Under the pieces are notes generated by a model, which searched no databases, was not told the origin of the DNA, and was given only the letters and a program-made list of their open reading frames with translations. Shown here piece after piece: positions 57,784 through 64,000 of a DNA stretch of 64,000 nt (positions are counted from its first letter, which is position 1; every line of letters begins with the position of its first letter). The position numbers and the translations under genes were made by a program. Source of the stretch: an uncultured Thermoplasmata archaeon (GTDB lineage: Archaea > Thermoplasmatota > Thermoplasmata > Lutacidiplasmatales > UBA184); contig CAVVLW010000009.1 in NCBI GenBank assembly GCA_963749205.1, positions 53,622 through 117,621 of the forward strand, read 5' to 3'.

Positions 57784-58099
57784 ATGGAGTACGTGTATGG
57801 TGCGCTGCTGCTCAACGCCGCCGGAAAGCCGATCGACGAAAAATGCCTCTCGGGCGTCCTGACGGCGGCGGGCCTCGCGCCCGACGCGGCCCGGGTGAAG
57901 GCGCTCATCGCCTCGCTCGAGGGCGTCAACTCGACCGACGTCCTCGCGAAGGCCGAGACCTTCGCCGCGCCGGCCGCTGCGGCCGCGGCCGCCGGAAAAG
58001 AAGGACGGCAAGGGCGAGAAGAAGGAAGAGGAAAAGAAGGAAGAGAAGGGCGTCACCGAGGAAGAGGCGGCCGAGGGCCTCTCCGCGCTCTTCGGGTGA
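57784..58099 (+). CDS. rpl12: 50S ribosomal protein L12 (P1/P2)
   Basis: [10 protein letters not shown]...[12 protein letters not shown]; C-terminal [13 protein letters not shown] in the shifted frame. Confidence 0.95.
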
Positions 58100-58184
58100 A
58101 GTTCCCGCCACCGCGAGCGCACGGCTTAAGACGCGCGGCCGGGTGGCTCGGGCGGGAGGCGCCACTTCCGCCCTCGGTTGAGCC

Positions 58185-59593
58185 ATGCCGGCGAGGGACC
58201 ACTGCGGCGTCGTAGGGGTCTCGCTCCAGGGAAAGGGCGGCGCACCGTACCTCTATCCGGGGCCTTCGCGCCCTCCAGCATCGGGGCCAGGAGTCGGCCG
58301 GGATCGCGACGACGAGCCACGGCGTTCTCCATCACCGCAAGGGCATGGGTCTCGTCCACGAGATCTTCACCCAGGAGATGCTCGACGCCCTTCGCGGGCT
58401 CGATCGGGATCGGCCACGTGCGCTACTCCGACGACGGGCGACCGAGCTCGAGAACGCGCAACCGATCGTCTTCAAGCTCCGCGACGAGGACGCCGCACTC
58501 GCGCGCAACGGCGACATCGTCAACTACGAACGGGTCCGTCGCCGCCTCCAGCTCCAGGGGGTCGAGTTCCTCGGCAGCGCCGACACCGAGACGATGGCCC
58601 AGAGCGATCGCGCTCGAGTTCGACGCATACCCGGGACCTCGATGCGGCGATCCGCCGCGCGTGCCCAGAACTGATCGGCGGCTACGCGGTGATCATGATC
58701 GTCGGGAACCGGATCTTGCCTTCCGCGACCCCCTCGGGATCCGCCCGCTCGTCTACGGCACGGTCGAGGGCGGGGTCGCGGTCGCGAGCGAGTCGGTCGC
58801 GCTCGAACTGATGGGCGGGAAGCTCATCCGCGACGTGCTCCCCGGCGAGGTCGTCGTCCTCGAGAAGGGCCAGCTCGCCCGGACCTCGCGCATCCCGAGC
58901 TCCGGAGAGCGCGCCCACTGCATGTTCGAGTGGGTCTACTTTTCGCGTCCGGACTCGATCGCCGAGGACCTCCCGATCTACGACGTGCGCCATCGGATCG
59001 GGGTCCGGCTCGCGAAAGAGAGCCCGGTCGAGGCCGACCTCGTGGTGCCCGTGCCCGATTCGGCCCGCCCCCAGGCGCTCGGCTTCTCAGAAGGTTCGAA
59101 GATCCCGTACGCCGAAGCATTGATCAAGAACCGATTCGTCGAACGGACCTTCATCCTGCCGGACCAGAAGCGGCGGGAGTCCGAGGTTCGTGTGAAGCTG
59201 CACCCCGTCCCGGGGTCGCTCAAGGGAAAGCGGATCGTCCTGCTCGACGATTCGATCGTCCGCGGGACGACCTTCCGAGAGATCGTCCAGATGGTCCGCG
59301 GCGCCGGCGCGACTCGCATCGACGTGCGGATCGGTTGCCCGCCGATCCGCGCCCCGTGCTACTTCGGCGTCGACATGAAGGAGCGGCAAGGAGCTCGTCG
59401 CCACCGGGCGCGACGAGGCCGAGATCGCGCGGGTGGTGGGTGCGGACAGCGTCCACTACCTCTCGATGGCCGGGCTCGTCGAGTCGATCACGCTCCCAGC
59501 CGAGAGTCTCTGTCTCGGCTGCCTCACGGGCAATACCCGGTCGATGTCCCGGAGGAGCACCACCGGTTCCAGAAATCCCTCGAGGAGTTCTAG
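58185..59593 (+). CDS. purF: amidophosphoribosyltransferase, frameshifted
   Basis: [56 protein letters not shown]. Confidence 0.95.
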
Positions 59594-59596
59594 GGT

Positions 59597-60511
59597 GTGG
59601 CGAGCGCGGTCGTCGTGGAGCTCGGCGCGCAAATCTTCGTAGTGGGTCCGCCGCCCTCCCGACCGGTCGCGTATTCCCTGGGGGCAGAACGGTCCCCGGC
59701 GGCTGGCTATAACCCGCCGTCGGACCGCCTTCCCGGCCGCCTCCTCGAAGCGCTCCGAGTGCTGCCCCCCGGGACGGCCCTTTCCGCCGACACCGAGGTG
59801 CTCGCCTCCGCGGTGGGCTCGAAACTCGCGCGGGTCGTTACGGTTGCGACCACCCTCGACCTTCGTACTGCGCGTGCCGCATTGCCACTCCCGGCCCCGG
59901 GGGACGAGCGACGGATCCTTCTGGGGGTCGCCCGGGACGCCCTCGAACGGGCCCTTCGCACTCCCGAAGAGGTACTCATCACACTGACCCGGGAGGAAGA
60001 GCGGGTCGAGCGGGCGGTAGGGCGGGAAGCTCGCGCGGCGGAGTCCTTTCTCGTATTACCCGGGTCGTCGCTCGCCGAGTACTCCCGGAAGTGGACTGGC
60101 GTGCGGGCATCGCTCGCGCAGCATCACGAGATGCTCGCAGACATGGTCCGTCTCCACGCGCGAGCCCTCGTGCCGAACCTCTCCGCGGTCGTCGGGGAGA
60201 GGGCGGCGGCCCGTCTCGTCTCGGAAGCCGGGGGAGTAGCGGCGCTCGCCCGCATGCGTGCCGGGCGGATCCAGCTCCTCGGCACCCGACGTCGTCCCTC
60301 TCCCGAGCGCGGACCGCGCTACGGGATCCTTTACCGGGCAGAGGGGATGGCGGAGGTTCCCGCCGGCCGTCGCGGAGCCTACGCGCGAAGCCTCGGCGCC
60401 ATCGCCGCCATCGCCGTCCGCGCGGACGCGACGACGCACGCCCAGATCTCTCCGGCGCTCGTAGCGCGGCGGGACCGTCGCATCGCGCAGCTCCGGGCGA
60501 GGCCCGGATGA
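59597..60511 (+). CDS. Nop5/Nop56-like C/D box RNP protein (divergent, short)
   Basis: VPNLSAVVG...AARLV..AGG...LA, IQLLG, PRYGILY, RGAYARSL; overlaps fibrillarin. Confidence 0.75.
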   Translation: MASAVVVELGAQIFVVGPPPSRPVAYSLGAERSPAAGYNPPSDRLPGRLLEALRVLPPGTALSADTEVLASAVGSKLARVVTVATTLDLRTARAALPLPAPGDERRILLGVARDALERALRTPEEVLITLTREEERVERAVGREARAAESFLVLPGSSLAEYSRKWTGVRASLAQHHEMLADMVRLHARALVPNLSAVVGERAAARLVSEAGGVAALARMRAGRIQLLGTRRRPSPERGPRYGILYRAEGMAEVPAGRRGAYARSLGAIAAIAVRADATTHAQISPALVARRDRRIAQLRARPG

Positions 60512-61278
60512 GGGCACCGCGCCGGTTCGTCGGGGACCGGAAGTCTGCTCGACTCGTCCGGTCCCGCTTCGCCGACCGGACCGAGATCTTCACCGAGGCC
60601 GTTGGGACTCCGCCGCCGGTATACGGGGAACGTTGGGTCCACTCCGGCAACCGGACGTTCCGGTCGTTCGAACCCGGACGCAGTAAACTCTCCGCCGGCA
60701 TCGTGCACGATTGGGCAGGACCGATCCCCTCCGAGGGAGAACGGTGGCTGTACCTGGGGGCCGCCAGCGGGACCACGGCTTCTCACGTCGCCGACCTTGT
60801 CGGTCCGTTCGGCCGCGTCTACGCCCTCGAACGAAGTCCCCGCCCCTTCGCGCGGCTCCTATCCCTCGCCGAACGCTGGCCGAATCTTCTTCCGATCCTC
60901 GGCGACGCCCGTGAGCCCCGTACCTACAGCCGCCTCGTCCCGCCGGTCGGCGGTCTCTACGCCGACATCGCCCAGCCGGACCAGGTCGAGATCGTCCGGC
61001 GGAACGCCGAGCTTTTTCTCGACCTTCCGGGAGCCGCGGTCCTGTTGGCGCTAAAGACGGCGAGTATGGGTCGCGACCGAACCGCCGCCGCCCATCTGGA
61101 CGCCGCGGAGCGTGAGCTCGCCCCGGGGGTCGACCTCGTCGCGTCGGTCCGGCTCGACCCGTTCCACAAGGGCCATTATCTCGTCGGCGGGCGAGCCCGG
61201 CCCGAGCTGTTCCGGCCCCGGAGCGGGCGTCCCGTCACGCTGTCGCGCGGGCCGCGCCTCGCGCGACGACGACCGTGA
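60508..61278 (+). CDS. flpA: fibrillarin-like rRNA/tRNA 2'-O-methyltransferase
   Basis: VYGE, RSKLSA, LYLGAASGTTASH, PILGDAR.P, DIAQPDQ. Confidence 0.93.
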   Translation: MRAPRRFVGDRKSARLVRSRFADRTEIFTEAVGTPPPVYGERWVHSGNRTFRSFEPGRSKLSAGIVHDWAGPIPSEGERWLYLGAASGTTASHVADLVGPFGRVYALERSPRPFARLLSLAERWPNLLPILGDAREPRTYSRLVPPVGGLYADIAQPDQVEIVRRNAELFLDLPGAAVLLALKTASMGRDRTAAAHLDAAERELAPGVDLVASVRLDPFHKGHYLVGGRARPELFRPRSGRPVTLSRGPRLARRRP

Positions 61279-62356
61279 CGATGTCCTCGTCGGCAAGAAT
61301 GTGGTCCCGGCCCACGGTCTGGCCGGGGAAGCGCGCGCTCTTGCCCCACACCTGGGCCGCCTTGAACGTCCGGTCGAGCTCTGTTGGCAGGCGCGCGAGC
61401 AGCGCCTGGACCGTGTCCCCTTCGCGCAGGATGACCGGTTCGTCCTTGTCCGGCGGGCGGCCGGGGGGTTTGACGTACGCCCGAATGAAGCGGAGCGCGT
61501 GGCCGACCCGGTCGACGAGCGCGTCGAGCCCGAGCCGGTCGCGTGCGGAGACGAAGATCGGGTCGTACGGGCGCTGTTCGAGCACGAACTTCGCCCGGTC
61601 CGCGGCGGTGAGCTGCTCGCTCTTGTTGACGCAGAGCAGCGCGGGGACGTAGACCCGGTTGCCCGCGAGCACATCGATCAGCTGGTCGGGGGTCGCGTCC
61701 TCCCGGAAGATGATCGAGCCGTTGTGGAAACTGAACTCGCGGGCGATCTGCGACGCGAGACCTCCCCCGAGATGGGTGAGCCGAACAGTGCTCGAAACCG
61801 TGAGCCCCCCGCGGTCCGAATGCGTCACGACGATACGGGGCGGGCGGGCGTTGATCCGAACGCCCGAGCCTTCGAGCTCGTTGACGAGGGCCCGGAGGTT
61901 CGTGTGTTCCGGGTCGATCATGAAAAGGATCAGGTCGACCGAGCGGACGACCGATAGCACTTCGCGCCCGCGTCCCCGCCCGCGCGCGGCCCCGGGGACG
62001 AGCCCGGGCATGTCGAGGATCTGGATGGACGCCCCGCCCCAGCGGAGCATCCCGGGGATGATCGACAGCGTGGTGAAATCGTAGGCCCCGGTCTCGCTCT
62101 CGGCCGAGGTCAACCGATTCAGCAGCGTCGACTTCCCGACGGACGGATAGCCCACCAATCCGACCGTGGCGTGCCCGCTCTTTCGGACCGCGTAGCCGAG
62201 ACCACCGCCCTTCCCCTTGGCGCGGAACTCACGCTCGAGGCGCAGGACGGCGAGCTTCGCCTTCAGCCGACCGATGTGGCCCGAGGTCGCCTTGTTGTAC
62301 GAGGTGTTCCGGATCTCGTCCTCGACCTCGGTGATGTGTTCTTCGAGCGACGACAT
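61235..62356 (-). CDS. DRG/Rbg-family GTP-binding protein with TGS domain
   Basis: YNKATSGHIGRLKAKLA, GYPSVGKST, YDFTT, LDMPG, VWGKSARFPGQ.VG. Confidence 0.95.
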   Translation of the reverse strand: MSSLEEHITEVEDEIRNTSYNKATSGHIGRLKAKLAVLRLEREFRAKGKGGGLGYAVRKSGHATVGLVGYPSVGKSTLLNRLTSAESETGAYDFTTLSIIPGMLRWGGASIQILDMPGLVPGAARGRGRGREVLSVVRSVDLILFMIDPEHTNLRALVNELEGSGVRINARPPRIVVTHSDRGGLTVSSTVRLTHLGGGLASQIAREFSFHNGSIIFREDATPDQLIDVLAGNRVYVPALLCVNKSEQLTAADRAKFVLEQRPYDPIFVSARDRLGLDALVDRVGHALRFIRAYVKPPGRPPDKDEPVILREGDTVQALLARLPTELDRTFKAAQVWGKSARFPGQTVGRDHILADEDIVTVVVARGAARATA

Positions 62357-62430
62357 CGGAGGACGGACCTAGTTCCCTCCCGACTCCCCCGCCCACTTGA
62401 GGGTGACGACTCCGGCAGCGTTCATCGTTC

Positions 62431-64000
62431 ATGGCTCTGGAAAGAGCCGAGCCACGGTCGGTCCCCCTCGGGACCATGAACGGGCCGCGCACGCCGGGGA
62501 GCTGGCGGTTCCGACCCCAATCGTCCCGGGAGGTCCGGAGAGACGACGGTGCGGCGCAACGAGACCGTCTCGGAGCGGCACTTCGGGCCGGGCACGGAAC
62601 CGGGGCGTCGTTCGGATTTTCCCTGAGCTCCGGGCCGGAGCCGACCTTGCGTCTCCTCTCCCGTGATCCTACGTCCGTCCGTTGGGCAGCACGGGTGTTC
62701 ACCACCGCCTACGAGCGCCCTCAGTGGTCCTGGACCTTGGAGGGAGACCCCTCCGGGGATCTTTCGGGGGTCTGGCATGGAGATCGCGCACGTCCGTGGC
62801 CCAACCCGCTCCGTTCGGCGGCGGATGGGGTACCGATGATCGACGCGGTCGTCCTCGTGTTCAGCGCCCTCCCCCCGGGGGCCCGGTGCGTCTGGTGGGT
62901 TCGCCCGCTCACGCTGACCCACCCGCGATGGTGGGACATCGACCCTCCCGCGCCCGTGCCTCCTCCGCGACGTCCTGGGCCTGACTCGCCCCAGTGGCGC
63001 GCCCGTCCCGAACCGCCGGAGGAGGGACGGGATCGACCTCTCTTCTGGGATGTTCGGGTGCTCATCGGGTCGGACCGGGAGGTGGGGGGAGTTGCCCTCG
63101 CAAGCCGTTCTGCGCGGGCGCTCGAGTCAGCGACTCGGACCGTCCGGGGAAACGGGCTCCGCTTTCACCGGCGGCACTGGTGGACCGGCGACCAGGGCGC
63201 GGGCTTCGTCGTCGCCGAGTCGGAGCTGACCTGGGTCCTGCCGAGCCCTGCGTGTCCCGCGACCGGCGCTGCCTTCCGTCCCTCGACGGCACGGTTGGAC
63301 TTACTTCCCCTCGGTAGGACGGCGGCCGGAACAGTGATCGGCCCGAGAATCGAGCCCGGACAGGGACGGCACCTCGCGGTCCTCGGGGAGACGGGCATGG
63401 GAAAGAGCTCGCTCCTGATCGCCGTCGGTCGACGGGTCGTCGAGGAGTCGGGCCTCATCTTGTTCGACCCGCTCGGCGACACGACCCGGGCGCTTCGCGA
63501 GGAGCTCTCCGCCGCGACGAAAGCTCGCATGACCTGGATCCAGTCCGGCGCCGCGGTGGGTCTCAATGCGCTCGAGGGGATCGGGGGACGTCCGGGCACG
63601 GCGAGGCCGGTCGGGAGCGCCAGCTCAATGACCTCGTGCACTCGCTGCGCCGAGTTCGTTCCGGACGGTACGCGGACTCGGGATTCTGGGGCCCGCGATT
63701 GGAGGAGATGCTGACCCGAGCGCTCCGCGCCGCTGCCGCTTTGCCCGGAGGGACCCTGGTGGACGCCCACGCCCTTCTTGCGTCGGGGGGACGGGGGTTC
63801 CGCACGATTCCGGGAGATGCGATCGAGGCAGTCCGGGAACTGGGCGACCGGATCCGGAGCCGTCCGGAGGACGCCGACGGGGCCCGCCGCTTGTTGTACG
63901 AGGTCACACGGAGTCCCATTCTCGTACGGATGCTGTGCGACCGACAGCCGTCGCTCCGGGCGGCGGACCTCGTCGCCCCGGGTCGGGTCGTCCTGATCGC
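62431..64000 (+). CDS. HerA/VirB4-like (DUF87) P-loop ATPase, frameshifted and truncated by the window edge
   Basis: RHLAVLGETGMGKS, FDPLGD, GLNAL, FWGPRLEEML in the shifted frame. Confidence 0.75.

Noticed and set aside
50671-59593. Dense frameshifts suggesting mass pseudogenisation or programmed frameshifting
   Set aside because: They hit essential genes (L1, L10, L44e, aIF2-alpha) and occur throughout the window, as expected from uncorrected long-read indel errors.
1-64000. CRISPR arrays, IS elements, integrases, rRNA
   Set aside because: No regularly spaced short repeats, transposase/integrase motifs or rRNA signatures were seen.

Overview
High-GC archaeal chromosomal segment, most consistent with class Thermoplasmata. 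This is inferred from the gene content: GGGP/DGGGP synthases, archaeal DTD2, eIF5A, aIF2-alpha, L44e/S27e, aTrm56, Nop5/fibrillarin, DUF835 and thermopsin-type surface repeats. The assembly has many indel-type frameshifts, including in essential genes (L1, L10, aIF2-alpha), so they are treated as sequencing errors and gene boundaries are approximate. Layout: (i) 1-21 kb core region with an ether-lipid operon, an M16 pair, DTD2, a KaiC/RAD55 ATPase, a giant helical-repeat protein, eIF5A and a catalytically eroded IleRS paralog fused to HhH and DUF835; (ii) about 21-49.5 kb accessory region of membrane and secreted proteins, malic enzyme, VOC proteins, an S53 protease and an M29-like pseudoenzyme; (iii) 50-64 kb housekeeping translation and RNA-modification cluster ending in a truncated HerA/VirB4-like ATPase. 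The most striking element is the pseudo-IleRS-HhH-DUF835 fusion near a KaiC-family ATPase, a candidate tRNA/nucleic-acid-sensing signalling module. No CRISPR array, rRNA or recognisable transposase was seen.
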